Numbered from the stretch's first letter, positions 8,409 through 19,147 are shown. The stretch is 64,000 nucleotides of DNA from Prevotella sp. (GCA_017508965.1 JAFWQT010000102.1:3780-67779), one strand, 5' to 3'. Notes: a model not told the origin generated them from the sequence alone. A program made the numbers and translations.

Positions 8409-10760
8409 ATGAACGTAATTACAAAAACTGTTCAGTTGCCTGATGGAAGAACCATCACAATTGAAACCGGGAAAGTTGCAAAACAGACCGACGGTTCGGT
8501 CATGCTCCGCATGAACAACACCGTACTGCTCGCAACTGTTTGTGCAGCAAAGGATGCAGTTCCCGGAACCGATTTCATGCCTTTGCAAGTTGATTATCGC
8601 GAGCAGTATGCTGCCGCTGGCCGTTTCCCCGGTGGATTCACCAAGCGTGAAGGCAAAGCTTCTGATAACGAAATCCTTACCTCACGTCTGGTGGACCGTG
8701 TGCTCCGCCCGCTCTTCCCTGCAGATTTCCATGCAGAGGTGTTTGTGAATGTGATGCTTTTCTCTGCCGATGGCGTTGATCAGCCCGATGCCCTTGCCGG
8801 TTTCGCCGCTTCCTGCGCCCTGGCAGTTTCGGATATCCCCTTCGAGTGCCCCATTTCTGAGGTTCGCGTAGCCCGCATCAACGGCGAGTATGTCATCAAC
8901 CCCACCTTCGAGCAGATGAAGGAGGCCGACATGGACCTGATGGTAGGTGCTTCGGCTGAGAACATCATGATGGTGGAAGGCGAGATGAAGGAAGTGTCGG
9001 AGCAGGATCTGCTCGGTGCGCTGAAGTGTGCCATGGATGCCATCAAGCCTATGTGCGAGATGCAGGTTGCCCTCTCTAAGGAACTGGGCAAGGACGTGAA
9101 GCGCGAATATTGCCACGAAGTAAACGATGAGGCTCTGCGCGAACTGGTTCGCAAGGAGTGCTATCAGCCCGCCTACGACGTGGTGGGTCAGGCCCTCGAG
9201 AAGCAGGCACGTGCCGAGGCTTTCGAGAAAATCGTTGAGGACTTCAAGGAGAAGTATTTTGCTGAGCACGAGATTGCTGAAGACAGCGAGATTTCAAAAG
9301 AAGACTACGAGGCCCTGATAGATAAGTATTATCACGACGTGGAGCGCGACGCCATGCGCCGTTGCATCCTCGACGAAGGCAAGCGTCTGGATGGTCGTAA
9401 GACCGATGAGATTCGCCCCATCTGGTGCGAGGTATCTCCGCTGCCCATGCCTCACGGAAGTTCCATCTTCACCCGTGGTGAGACACAGTCGCTGACTACT
9501 GTCACCCTCGGTACAAAACTTGATGAGAAAATGGTCGACGATGTACTCGACAAGAGCTACATGCGCTTCCTCCTTCACTATAACTTCCCCCCGTTCTGCA
9601 CAGGTGAGGCCAAGGCTCAGCGCGGCGTAGGCCGTCGTGAGATTGGTCACGGTCATCTGGCATGGCGCGCCCTGAAGGATATGATTCCTGAGAACTATCC
9701 TTACACCGTTCGCGTGGTATCCCAGATTTTGGAATCCAACGGTTCTTCTTCTATGGCAACCGTTTGCGCCGGTACGCTGGCCCTGATGGATGCCGGTGTG
9801 CCCATCAAGAAACCCGTCAGCGGTATTGCCATGGGTCTGATTAAGAACCCCGGTGAAGACAAGTACGCTGTGCTCTCCGACATTCTCGGCGATGAGGACC
9901 ACCTGGGCGACATGGACTTCAAGACCACCGGTACGAAGGATGGTCTGACCGCTACCCAGATGGATATCAAGTGCGACGGCCTGTCGTTCGATATTCTGGA
10001 GAAGGCCCTTATGCAGGCCAAGGCCGGTCGTGAGCACATCCTGAAATGTATCACCGATACCATTGCCGAGCCGCGTCCCGAGCTCAAGCCTCAGGTTCCG
10101 CGCATCGAGCAGTTCGATATTCCCAAGGAGTTCATTGGCGCTGTCATTGGCCCGGGCGGAAAGATTATCCAGCAGATGCAGGAAGAGACCGGTTCAGTCA
10201 TCACCATCGACGAGGTCGACGGCAAGGGCGTTGTGCAGGTTTCTGCTCCCAACAAGGAGAGCATCGAGGCTGCTGTCCGCAAGATCAAGGCCATTGTGGC
10301 TGTTCCCGAGGTGGGCGAGGTCTACGAGGGTACCGTGCGCAGCATCATGCCTTATGGCTGCTTCGTAGAGATTATGCCAGGCAAGGATGGTCTGCTCCAC
10401 ATCTCGGAAATCGACTGGAAGCGTCTGGAGACCGTCGAAGAGGCTGGTCTGAAGGAAGGCGACAAGATTACCGTGAAGCTGCTTGAGATTGACCCGAAGA
10501 CCGGTAAGTACAAACTCTCACACCGCGTGCTCATTCCGAAGCCCGAGGGCTACGTAGAGCGCGAGCGTCGTCCGCGTCCTGAGCGTGGCGAGCGCGGTGA
10601 GCGTCGCAACGGTCCGCGCAATGATCGTGGTGACCGTGGCGAGCGCCGTCCGCGTCCTGAGCGCAACGGCCAGCGCTTCGAGCGTCGCAATGAGGAGTAT
10701 CATGAGCCTTCAAATGAGCCGAAGGGATTCACCGACGAACTCGACAAGCTGGATTTCTAA
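8409..10760 (+). CDS. pnp: Polyribonucleotide nucleotidyltransferase (PNPase)
   Basis: [27 protein letters not shown] and [10 protein letters not shown] motifs, plus KH and S1 domains. Confidence 0.98.
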   Translation: MNVITKTVQLPDGRTITIETGKVAKQTDGSVMLRMNNTVLLATVCAAKDAVPGTDFMPLQVDYREQYAAAGRFPGGFTKREGKASDNEILTSRLVDRVLRPLFPADFHAEVFVNVMLFSADGVDQPDALAGFAASCALAVSDIPFECPISEVRVARINGEYVINPTFEQMKEADMDLMVGASAENIMMVEGEMKEVSEQDLLGALKCAMDAIKPMCEMQVALSKELGKDVKREYCHEVNDEALRELVRKECYQPAYDVVGQALEKQARAEAFEKIVEDFKEKYFAEHEIAEDSEISKEDYEALIDKYYHDVERDAMRRCILDEGKRLDGRKTDEIRPIWCEVSPLPMPHGSSIFTRGETQSLTTVTLGTKLDEKMVDDVLDKSYMRFLLHYNFPPFCTGEAKAQRGVGRREIGHGHLAWRALKDMIPENYPYTVRVVSQILESNGSSSMATVCAGTLALMDAGVPIKKPVSGIAMGLIKNPGEDKYAVLSDILGDEDHLGDMDFKTTGTKDGLTATQMDIKCDGLSFDILEKALMQAKAGREHILKCITDTIAEPRPELKPQVPRIEQFDIPKEFIGAVIGPGGKIIQQMQEETGSVITIDEVDGKGVVQVSAPNKESIEAAVRKIKAIVAVPEVGEVYEGTVRSIMPYGCFVEIMPGKDGLLHISEIDWKRLETVEEAGLKEGDKITVKLLEIDPKTGKYKLSHRVLIPKPEGYVERERRPRPERGERGERRNGPRNDRGDRGERRPRPERNGQRFERRNEEYHEPSNEPKGFTDELDKLDF

Positions 10761-10786
10761 GTCAGGAAATTCAGAGTAAACATACC

Positions 10787-10817
10787 AAAGAGGATGCAGC
10801 AGCATCCTCTTTTTTTT
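10787..10817 (+). terminator. Rho-independent terminator of pnp
   Basis: Hairpin aaagaggatgc-agca-gcatcctcttt followed by a T-tract. Confidence 0.9.
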
Positions 10818-10849
10818 GCCGCCTGTTAACAGGGCATCCACACACGGTG

Positions 10850-11220
10850 GCATCTATGTGCATATAAACAATGCGCTTAAAGAAGAATTGGCAGATGAAG
10901 TGGTAGTCGCAAAATTTGCGAATACCACCCAGCATGGTGCTATCGAAGGCAAAACCCAGACTCGCGAATTGGAGTATTTTAATCTGGAGATGGTAACTGG
11001 TCACGAAGAACCACTCGTTCAGCGACGGCAACAAACGCATTCTGCCACGCTCTTCCTATGGTTCCTGAACAACAACCGCATCCTCTATCGTCCCGATGGA
11101 AGCAAGCGCATAGCCGACAACACCCTTGTGGCCCTAACGCTGATGATTGCTGAGAGTCGGACGGAAGAAAAGGATGTGATGGTAAAGGTTGTGGTGAATC
11201 TGATTAACCAGCAGAATTAG
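10850..11220 (+). pseudogene. RhuM/Fic (Doc-like) gene remnant with internal deletion and frameshift
   Basis: RhuM-like HINNALKEE...VAKFANTTQHGAIEGKTQ is joined to a Fic motif, LVTKNHSFSDGNKRI (10997-11041), in a different frame. The C-terminus LVALTLMIAES follows. Confidence 0.75.
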
Positions 11221-11395
11221 ATGATGGAAGAGTGGAAAGATTTATTTGGAAAATACTATTGGAATAAACTTAAACAACGACTAAAAGAAGAAAGGAATGA
11301 AATGGTGACAAATAGACACCAGTTGAAAATGAAAGCGACTGACGGATGTTGCTGACACAGAGCAATTTTTCCGCATTATTCAGTCCCCCGTGCAC
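11221..11395 (+). pseudogene. Bro-N domain gene fragment
   Basis: YWNKLKQRLKEERNEMVTNRHQLKMKATDG, then a frame-shifted DVADTEQFFRIIQS. This resembles Bro-N proteins. Confidence 0.55.
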
Positions 11396-11405
11396 ACAAG
11401 AATCA

Positions 11406-12155
11406 TCATTTGCCATAGTTTTTGCGGCGGATATTGATGAGCGGGAACAAGTCATCGTCGTCTATTCTATCCATCAGCTCATCGAAGGAATGATTCATCT
11501 TAAACTCCAGTTCCTCCTGATACAATGGATAAATCTGGAAGAAAGACACCTTCTTGCCAAAGAAGCCGAGTTTAAGAGGCTTCACCAGCTGGCCGTCCTT
11601 TCCTATAGAGGGAACCAGCGTGCATGAGTTGAATTCCGTATTTCCTGCAACTGGGCTTCTGTCTTCAGTTAGATTAACGGTATGGCGGTAGCCAAGCCAA
11701 TCATCTGACCAAATGGGCAACCGTGCGACGGTCTTCAGCATTCTGATAGGCCAGTAATCTTCTTCCTTGTCAGATTCCAGGTTCCAGTCCTTCGGAAGGA
11801 AGACAACATATTCTGCCCTGTCGTTTACATCCGATTTCAGTTCTTTAGGAACATTCATCTTGTAGGCCCCGGCCCCCATAGTAACCAGTTTATAATAGGG
11901 CTGTTTTTGGGTAGGAGGAACAATAACGATGTCGCAATGAATGTCGGACGATACCACTTCGTGTCCTACCATTTCAAACTCTCCGTATTGCTGTGCGATA
12001 TATTCGGAGATTTTATCAATTTCCTTCTCCGTGTAAAGAAACTGCGGACATTTCTCGTTGCTTTTTTCTTCCATTGGTTTTGTTGTTTGAGCGGTGACCA
12101 GGATGACTACCGCGGTTAAAAAAGCAGTGTAAATAAGTACTCTTTTATATTTCAT
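11406..12155 (-). CDS. Suppressor-of-fused (SUFU) domain protein with N-terminal membrane anchor or signal
   Basis: HEVVSSDIHCD, LVTMGAGAYKM, YWPIRMLKTVARLP and IYPLYQEELEFK motifs. Confidence 0.85.
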   Translation of the reverse strand: MKYKRVLIYTAFLTAVVILVTAQTTKPMEEKSNEKCPQFLYTEKEIDKISEYIAQQYGEFEMVGHEVVSSDIHCDIVIVPPTQKQPYYKLVTMGAGAYKMNVPKELKSDVNDRAEYVVFLPKDWNLESDKEEDYWPIRMLKTVARLPIWSDDWLGYRHTVNLTEDRSPVAGNTEFNSCTLVPSIGKDGQLVKPLKLGFFGKKVSFFQIYPLYQEELEFKMNHSFDELMDRIDDDDLFPLINIRRKNYGK

Positions 12156-12238
12156 AAGAGCCTGTGTGCCTGTTGGGTTATCGGATGCAAAGGTATGAAA
12201 ATTCTGTGAAACGTGTTCTCTTTTTCTCTGTTTTTTTT

Positions 12239-12423
12239 ATGTATAATTTGCAAATTAGGAGAATAGTTTTTACTTTTGCAGCGAACGTATGAACAAGAAG
12301 ATAGTAACATTCGGCGAATTGTTGCTGCGCTTCTCCAAATCGAACCGCATGCGACTGACTCAGGGTCAGACGTTTTCGGGAGCCTACGGGGGAAGCGAAG
12401 CCAATCATTTAGTTGAACAATGA
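12239..12423 (+). pseudogene. Duplicated promoter and first 39 codons of the sugar kinase gene
   Basis: 12239-12405 matches 13005-13171 (167 bp, 6 mismatches). The ORF 12289-12423 stops after 44 aa. Confidence 0.9.
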
Positions 12424-12493
12424 TTTGGCAGATTGAGAATAAGTTTCTATCTTTGCAGAATAGAAGCCTGCTTTTGCAGCAAACATATTTAAT

Positions 12494-12979
12494 ATGAGAA
12501 GGTACGTAATCGCGATTATTGTATTTTTATTCTTGATATCTCTTATGTTATTCCGGAATTGCCAAAGGGAATCATCAGTGTATAGGAATCTTAAAGGTTG
12601 GTCATCGGTTGATGTCAGATTTTCTGAAGCGCAGAGAAATAACGTAAATTATGTTTTGTATGGGAATTTTGATTTCAAGAATAACGAGGTTAGATTGCCT
12701 TCCTCAGCTTTTAATTTAACAAAGGATTTCCAACAAAACCTGAATCGGCAACTTGAGGAATATGGTAAATGGAAAATAATAAGCAAAAACCCGGATTCGA
12801 TTCTGATAGAAGACCCCAAAGCCTTCTTCAGTGGGAGATATGGCGTTGAGTTTGGAATAGCAGATGGGTATCGGGTAGACACACTCTGGGTACTACTTTC
12901 AAATGACTCCACTCATATTGTGTTAAACAAGCTTTCCGATTATGTATCTTACGAGACTCAAAGGGACTGGCTGAAATAG
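12494..12979 (+). CDS. Hypothetical membrane-anchored protein (AT-rich orphan)
   Basis: 161 aa with a hydrophobic N-terminus and its own TATCTTTG box at 12448-12455. Confidence 0.7.
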   Translation: MRRYVIAIIVFLFLISLMLFRNCQRESSVYRNLKGWSSVDVRFSEAQRNNVNYVLYGNFDFKNNEVRLPSSAFNLTKDFQQNLNRQLEEYGKWKIISKNPDSILIEDPKAFFSGRYGVEFGIADGYRVDTLWVLLSNDSTHIVLNKLSDYVSYETQRDWLK

Positions 12980-13054
12980 TAATAGGCCAACATCTGATTT
13001 TTTAATGTATAATTTGCAAATTAGAAGAAAAGTTTTTACTTTTGCAGCGCACGT

Positions 13055-14077
13055 ATGAACAAGAAGATAGTAACATTCGGCGAATTGCTGCTGCGCTTCT
13101 CCAAATCCAACCGCATGCGACTGACTCAGGGTCAGACGTTTTCGGGAGCCTACGGGGGAAGCGAGGCCAATGTAGCTGTGTCGCTGGCCATGATGGGCGA
13201 CGACGTGGAGTATGTGACGAGGCTGCCAAAGAACCAGATTGGACAGGCAGCCAGTATGAAACTGCTGGAATACGGCGTGGGGATGCCCAATACGCTTTGG
13301 GGCGGCGACCGTATGGGCACCTATTATTATGAGGAGTCGGCGGGCATGCGCTCGTCGAAGGTGGTGTACGACCGTGCCAACTCGGCTTTCTTCGAGCTGA
13401 AGCCGGGGATGTTCAACTGGCGTGAGATTCTGAAGGATGCGGCCGTCTTCCATGCCTCGGGTATCACGGGGGCTATCTCGAAGGACTCGTGCGAAGCCAC
13501 GTTTGAGGCCCTGAACATTGCCGACGAGATGGGGAAGACGATTTCGTTCGACATCAACCACCGCAAGAACCTCTGGAAATATGGGGCCAATCCGCGCGAG
13601 ACGCTCAGCCGTATGCTGGAGTATGCCGACGTGGTGTTTGGCGACATCATCGAGTACGAGTTTATCATGGACCGCCAGGTGCCTTTCGAGGCTACGGATT
13701 CCAATTATGAGATGCCACTCGATTTCTACGAGGAATGGTTTGACGAGATTCATAGCCGCTTCCCCCGCTGCAACAAATGGCTGATGGGTATGCGCAACAT
13801 GATGAGCTCGAGCCACAATACGCTGACGGCTTTGCTCTGGAGCAATGGCAAACTGTATCACACGCGTATTGATGACATCCACGACATTGTGGATGCAATG
13901 GGTGTGGGCGATGCCTTCACGGCCGGACAGTTGCATGCGCTGAGGGCTTTCCCCGGTGATGACCAGCGGGTGCTCGACTTTGCGCTGGCTGCCGCCACGC
14001 TGAAGTATTCTGTTCCGGGCGATGCCAATCTCTGCACGGAAAGCGAGATTCTGGAGTTCTTAGAGTGTAGAGTGTAG
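13055..14077 (+). CDS. kdgK: PfkB-family sugar kinase, 2-dehydro-3-deoxygluconokinase-like
   Basis: IVTFGELLLR, YGGSEANVA, VVYDRANSAF and DAMGVGDAFTAG motifs. Confidence 0.8.
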   Translation: MNKKIVTFGELLLRFSKSNRMRLTQGQTFSGAYGGSEANVAVSLAMMGDDVEYVTRLPKNQIGQAASMKLLEYGVGMPNTLWGGDRMGTYYYEESAGMRSSKVVYDRANSAFFELKPGMFNWREILKDAAVFHASGITGAISKDSCEATFEALNIADEMGKTISFDINHRKNLWKYGANPRETLSRMLEYADVVFGDIIEYEFIMDRQVPFEATDSNYEMPLDFYEEWFDEIHSRFPRCNKWLMGMRNMMSSSHNTLTALLWSNGKLYHTRIDDIHDIVDAMGVGDAFTAGQLHALRAFPGDDQRVLDFALAAATLKYSVPGDANLCTESEILEFLECRV

Positions 14078-14174
14078 AGTTGAGAGTTTAGAGTTATGAT
14101 TACTCTCGGAGGCTGATTTCTGCTCAGGTTCCGGGCGTGCATGGTTATCATAACTCTAAACTCTCAACTCTACA
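14073..14174. repeat. Heptamer-tailed inverted repeat between convergent genes
   Basis: Perfect 28-bp IR: tgtagagttgagagtttagagttatgat (14073-14100) pairs with 14147-14174. Confidence 0.85.
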
Positions 14175-14180
14175 TTCCAA

Positions 14181-15890
14181 TCAATATCCTGGATTTTGCT
14201 CCCAGTCGGGGTGCATCACCATCATGTCGGCGGGAATGGGGAACACGATGGTGTGGCGGTCGGCCTCGTGCTCGCTGGAGTTCTTCAAGTCGTAGGGCTT
14301 GTGGAAACGGTCGAAGCGGATGAGGTCGTTGCGGCGCCAGCCTTCCCACATGAATTCCAGGAGGCGCTCTTGGAGCAGGATGTCGTCGTTGACTTCCTTA
14401 TAGGAAGGTCTCGCATCGTGGTTTGAGCGGGTGAAAACGCTGTTGAGGGCTTTAAGAGCATCCTCTGTTTCGCCCAGGCGGTAGCAGGCTTCGGCATACA
14501 TCAGCACGACATCGGCAAAGCGGAAAAGCACGATGTCGTTGTTGCCTAGTCGGCCATCGTCGCGCGCCGTGGCATCCACGCTGTATTTGGCAATACGTGC
14601 TCCGGCGGTCTTTTCGAAGGGTTCTCCGGAAAGGTCGATATTGGTGACGGCCAGCGGATGATAGACGAGTGGCGTCTTTCCGTCGTCTTCAAATATTTGT
14701 TGGCCATTGACCATCACTTCGTCGTAATAGAAATTGAACGTCAGGCGTATGTCGTAATCGTCTTTGCCGTAATCGAAAGCCTTGATGGTGCTGACGGTGG
14801 CGCAGGGGCCGTTTTCGGCTCCGCCATTGAGTGCGGCTCCGTGGCAATAGTGGCGCGAGCGGAAGAAGTAGTTGTACTTATTGCTATAGAGCAGCGGATT
14901 CATGGGTATGACGAAGATGTTCTCGGGAGAATTCTCATTGTTCACATCGAAGTTGTCGGGATAGTATTCGGCCAGCTTGTAGTAGGGGTAAAGCAGGTAG
15001 CTGATTTCTTTCACGGTCTGCCAGGCGTTGGCCTCGATGAGCTCTCCGTCGCGGAAGTCGTATGTCTTGAGTATGATCTGGCGGCCGTCGGGTCGCTGCT
15101 GGTCTATCCAGTCGTTGTCGGTATAGACTTCGGCGTTGATGGCCAGCTTCATCATCAGGAAATAGGCCACGGTTGAGGTCACTCGGCCATAGTATTCAGT
15201 ATTGGGCCGATTGCTTTTCTCGTCGCTGAGATAGGGCATGGCCTCGTTGAGTTCGTTGTAGATCCAGAAGAAGAGCGTCTTGCGGTCGGCGAGGGTCATC
15301 TCGTTCGACTTGACGCCGGTCTGTGTGACCAGTGGCACGCGCCCGTAGAGGTCCATCAGATAGAAATAGAACATGGCGCGCACGGCGCGTAGCTCGGCCT
15401 TGTAGGATTCCAGCTCCTCCTGTTCTTCCACGTTGGTGGTCTTGTAGGCATTGATGTGCTCGATGCCTTCATTGCAGAGGATGACCACCTTATAGAGATA
15501 GTCCCAGGTGTTTTTCAGCGGTGCCTCACCAGCCGACCATGTGTGGAAGAAGAGTCGCGACCACAATCCGCCGTCGAACCAGTCGCCGCCTCGTGTGGGC
15601 ACGATCTGTTCGTCGGTGGTGAATGAGTTGAGGTCGTAAACGCCTCGGTCGGTGCCCTGCAGTCCCTGGCTCTGCTCATGTCCGCCGATATAGTTATAGA
15701 CGGTGAGCAGCGCGTTGAGCTTCAGGTTTTTCACGCTGTTGTATGCCTCTTCGGGAGTTATCTGGCTTTTGGGTTCGTCGGTGAGAAAACTGTTGCAGGA
15801 AGTGAAGAGTGATGAATGTAGGATGAAGAATGCTGCACAGGCTACGGCTTTCATCATCCCTTTGCTGGTTGTATGTTTTAGGGTCTTCAT
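14181..15890 (-). CDS. RagB/SusD nutrient-binding lipoprotein
   Basis: Lipobox FTSC, RAMFYFYLMDLYGRVP, FRFADVVLMYAEA, ERLLEFMWEGWRRNDLIRF, C-terminal QNPGY. Confidence 0.95.
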   Translation of the reverse strand: MKTLKHTTSKGMMKAVACAAFFILHSSLFTSCNSFLTDEPKSQITPEEAYNSVKNLKLNALLTVYNYIGGHEQSQGLQGTDRGVYDLNSFTTDEQIVPTRGGDWFDGGLWSRLFFHTWSAGEAPLKNTWDYLYKVVILCNEGIEHINAYKTTNVEEQEELESYKAELRAVRAMFYFYLMDLYGRVPLVTQTGVKSNEMTLADRKTLFFWIYNELNEAMPYLSDEKSNRPNTEYYGRVTSTVAYFLMMKLAINAEVYTDNDWIDQQRPDGRQIILKTYDFRDGELIEANAWQTVKEISYLLYPYYKLAEYYPDNFDVNNENSPENIFVIPMNPLLYSNKYNYFFRSRHYCHGAALNGGAENGPCATVSTIKAFDYGKDDYDIRLTFNFYYDEVMVNGQQIFEDDGKTPLVYHPLAVTNIDLSGEPFEKTAGARIAKYSVDATARDDGRLGNNDIVLFRFADVVLMYAEACYRLGETEDALKALNSVFTRSNHDARPSYKEVNDDILLQERLLEFMWEGWRRNDLIRFDRFHKPYDLKNSSEHEADRHTIVFPIPADMMVMHPDWEQNPGY

Positions 15891-15906
15891 ATATGCTGAT
15901 TTCTGG

Positions 15907-18579
15907 TTAAAAACTCAAACTTACTCCGAATGTCCAAGTGCGGTAGAGCGGATAGGTGCGCTTGTCGTCGAGACCGAGTGTGCCGTCGACGCTCGATGAG
16001 TTGATCATCGGCGTCAGTCCGCTGTAGCTGGTGAAGGTTGCCACGTTATTGAGCGTCAGCGAGAGGCGCATGGATTCCAGATAGCGGTTCTGTTTGATGG
16101 GAACTCGCCATCCCAGCGTGATGTAGTCGATGTTCACGTAGTTGCCGCTTTCGAGCCAATAGTCGGTAATGATCTGCGAAACGATGTCCCGCTCGGGTGC
16201 CTCTTCCAGCACGTTATACAGCGGCAGCGCGGTGAGGTCCATATAGGAGAGGGCCGTTCCGTTGTAGATTTTGTGGCCGAAGGCGCCGTTGGCCTGCAGG
16301 GTGATGTCGAAGTTCTTATAGCGGAAAGAGACGTTGGAGCCCAGCAGCACCTTCGGAGTGGCTTGTCCGGCTATGTAGCTATCGCCCGCAATATATTCGT
16401 AGGTGCCGTCGTCGTAGGTATAGAATCCGTCGAAGCGGGGTATGTAGAAGGAGCCGAGGGGTTCACCGATAATCTGGAACACCACGTCGTTGTAGCCGTG
16501 GAATCCGGCACCGTTCATCGAGGCGATGGCCGCCATCGATGGTGCCAGCAGGTCTTCGCCGTTGTAGTTGCCGCTGAGGGAGAGCAGTTTGTTGTTCTGG
16601 AAGGTGAGGTTGGCGTTGACGGTCAGTTCCATGTCGCGTGTGACGAAGGGCGTTCCGCCCACCGAGAGTTCCAGTCCGCTCTTTTCCATGGAGCCCATGT
16701 TGGCCACCAGTTTAGGATATTTGAACGGCGGCACGCTCACGGTGTAGGGGTAGAGCATGTCGTAAACCTTGGTGTAATAGTAGCTGGCCGAGAATACCAG
16801 TCGGCGCCTGAACATCTGGGTGTTGAGGCCGATGTTGAATGTGCGCGACACTTCCCACTTCAGATCGGGATTGCTGTTCTTCAGTTCGCTGAAGGTGGTC
16901 ACGAGCGTTTGTCCCACGGCGGGCGTGCCGTTGGGCGAGAGGAGGCTCAGCGTGGTGTAGCTGTCGATGGCTCCCTGGTTTCCGGCCCATCCCAGTCCGG
17001 CATTGATTTTCAGTTCGTTGAAGAAGTTCAGGTCTTTGATGAACGATTCCTTTCCCAAGTCCCATCCCACGGAAACCGATGGGAAATAGCCCCACTTGTT
17101 GTTGTCGCCGAATTTGGAAGAACCGTCGGCGCGCAGCGTGGCGTTCACGGAATAGCGGTCGTTGAAAGTGTAGGCGGCCTGTCCCATGAAGGATGCCATC
17201 GAGGGGTGCTCATAGAAAGAGGTGGTGCCGTCCCAGGGGCGTGAGGCTCCGCCGGAGAGATTGTCGTAGCCCGTCAGGTCGTTGCTGAAATGGCCGGCGG
17301 TAACGCCGAATCCCCGCCGTTTGTTGTCCTGTATCTCCGCAAAGAAAGAAGCTTGGAAGGCATGCTGGTTCCATTTCTTGTCGAAACTGAGGATGCCGTT
17401 GAGCAGCAACGCTTCGCTGCGCGTGTTCTGTCGGCTGGCCTCTCCCCCTTCGGTGAGCGTGGTGGGTATATAGCGCATCCGTTCGTTGGAGTCGTAGGTG
17501 TAGGCTCCGAAAGCCGTGAACTTCAGCTCGGGCAGCAGTTGGAACGTGAATTTTGTGTAGGTAGAGATGTGTGTCCCCGTGTTGTGGTTCTTTTTGTCGA
17601 GCAGCATGTGGGGATTGTTGATCTGCGAAGCCGAGGGATAGCCGTCCCATGCGCCTGCGCTATTGGGATGGTCGGGGAAGGTGGGGTTGAAGGCTGCGGC
17701 AGAGTAGAACAGTTTCTGTTCGTCGTCGATGGTCTTTTCTTCCACCGTGGAGCCGAACATACCGATGTCGATGCGCAGGAAGTCGTCCCACATCATCTGC
17801 GTCATGTTCATGTTGGCCATGAACGAACGGTTGCCAAATCCCCTGATGACCTCTTGCTCATTGATGTATCCCAGACTGACGCGGTAGTTGGATTTCTCGC
17901 TGCCGCCGGCAAAGGCCAGATGGTGCTGGTGGGTGAAAGCCGTGCGCTCTATCTGTTTCTGGAAATCGCTGTTGGCTCTCAGGTCCACGATGGAGAGGCC
18001 GTGCTGTGCGGCAAACTGTCGGTAGCCGTCGGCGGAGAGCATCTTCAGCCGTTTATAGGGCACGGCAAGATCCACGGAACCGTTGTAGTTGATGCGCAGA
18101 CGGCCCGATTTGCCGTGCATCGTCTTGATGTCAATCACACCGGCAGCACCGCGACTGCCATACTGAGCCGTCTCGGAAGCATCCTTCAGGATGGTGAAAC
18201 TCTCGATATCCGTAGGATAGACCGACTGCAGGAGTGTGAGGTCGCCCATCACACCATCAACGATGATGAGCGGATCGTTGCCGCCCGTGAGCGAGGTAGT
18301 ACCACGCAGGCGCACGGCACTCAGGGCGTTCGAGCCGTTGCGCTCCACCTGCAGACCTGCCACACGTCCGCGGATGGCATCCAGGGCATTGGTGGCCTGG
18401 TCCTTATTGTTCATCCCGCTTTCGCCGATGATGCTTACCTGACTGGTATTGACATTGTCGAAATATCCTATAGCCTTGAGCGTATCTGATGTTGTTTTTC
18501 CCGTTTCCGTTTGTTGGGCGAAGCCCATCTGACAGGCAACGGTCACGGCGGCAATAGTTGCCAGAATCCTTTTGTTCAT
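15907..18579 (-). CDS. SusC/RagA TonB-dependent transporter
   Basis: Start revised to MNKRILA. PLIIVDG, LKDASETAQYGSRGAAGVI and NPDLKWE motifs; terminal Phe. Confidence 0.95.
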   Translation of the reverse strand: MNKRILATIAAVTVACQMGFAQQTETGKTTSDTLKAIGYFDNVNTSQVSIIGESGMNNKDQATNALDAIRGRVAGLQVERNGSNALSAVRLRGTTSLTGGNDPLIIVDGVMGDLTLLQSVYPTDIESFTILKDASETAQYGSRGAAGVIDIKTMHGKSGRLRINYNGSVDLAVPYKRLKMLSADGYRQFAAQHGLSIVDLRANSDFQKQIERTAFTHQHHLAFAGGSEKSNYRVSLGYINEQEVIRGFGNRSFMANMNMTQMMWDDFLRIDIGMFGSTVEEKTIDDEQKLFYSAAAFNPTFPDHPNSAGAWDGYPSASQINNPHMLLDKKNHNTGTHISTYTKFTFQLLPELKFTAFGAYTYDSNERMRYIPTTLTEGGEASRQNTRSEALLLNGILSFDKKWNQHAFQASFFAEIQDNKRRGFGVTAGHFSNDLTGYDNLSGGASRPWDGTTSFYEHPSMASFMGQAAYTFNDRYSVNATLRADGSSKFGDNNKWGYFPSVSVGWDLGKESFIKDLNFFNELKINAGLGWAGNQGAIDSYTTLSLLSPNGTPAVGQTLVTTFSELKNSNPDLKWEVSRTFNIGLNTQMFRRRLVFSASYYYTKVYDMLYPYTVSVPPFKYPKLVANMGSMEKSGLELSVGGTPFVTRDMELTVNANLTFQNNKLLSLSGNYNGEDLLAPSMAAIASMNGAGFHGYNDVVFQIIGEPLGSFYIPRFDGFYTYDDGTYEYIAGDSYIAGQATPKVLLGSNVSFRYKNFDITLQANGAFGHKIYNGTALSYMDLTALPLYNVLEEAPERDIVSQIITDYWLESGNYVNIDYITLGWRVPIKQNRYLESMRLSLTLNNVATFTSYSGLTPMINSSSVDGTLGLDDKRTYPLYRTWTFGVSLSF

Positions 18580-18707
18580 AGATAAGGAGGTTGATAAGTA
18601 ATGAATAATGCCACAAAAGTAGATATAAAAAAAAGAAAATGCAAGTTTTTCCTGCATTTTCTTTTTCCCCTTATTTTTACCTTTTTACTTTTTTACCTTT
18701 TTACCTT

Positions 18708-19118
18708 CTACTTATGCTTTTTGTAGTATTTCAGTCCGCGCTTCACGTTTTCTTTCACGGCATCGCTCGACATGGTGGCTCCGGTGACGCCGTCGGGGTT
18801 CAGTTTTTCGGCCTTGCTTACCTTCAGACCGTCCCAAGCCGACATCATCTCGCGTTTCACGCGTACAAAGTATTTCGGCGTCTCCTGGTTCTTCAGCGCT
18901 TCAATCTTTTCCACTTTGTCTTTTTTAATGGTAATTTTCAGTGGTGTGGTGCCCCGGTAGCCCTTCACGTCCTTGCCCAGTTCGGTGGTGTTCACCACGT
19001 AGGTTCCGTCGGCCATCTTTGTCATCGTGCCGTCTTCTTTCTGTGCAGCGTTGATTCCTGCTGTGGCCGAGGCCACGAGCATCAGGGTTACCAAACAGTT
19101 TGTAAGTTTCTTATTCAT
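18708..19118 (-). CDS. Secreted FMN-binding protein
   Basis: KGYRG, ETPKY and the flavinylation motif DGVTGATMSS. Confidence 0.85.
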   Translation of the reverse strand: MNKKLTNCLVTLMLVASATAGINAAQKEDGTMTKMADGTYVVNTTELGKDVKGYRGTTPLKITIKKDKVEKIEALKNQETPKYFVRVKREMMSAWDGLKVSKAEKLNPDGVTGATMSSDAVKENVKRGLKYYKKHK

Positions 19119-19147
19119 ATTTCCTAAATTATATTATTTAACGGGGA

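Noticed and set aside
10555-10700. Repeats at the pnp 3' end
   Set aside because: They encode a low-complexity RPRPERGER tail, ordinary for PNPase C-termini.
18672-18707. tttttacc 8-mer tract as a specific regulatory site
   Set aside because: It belongs to the same simple-repeat class as 23112-23142, with no evidence of a separate function.
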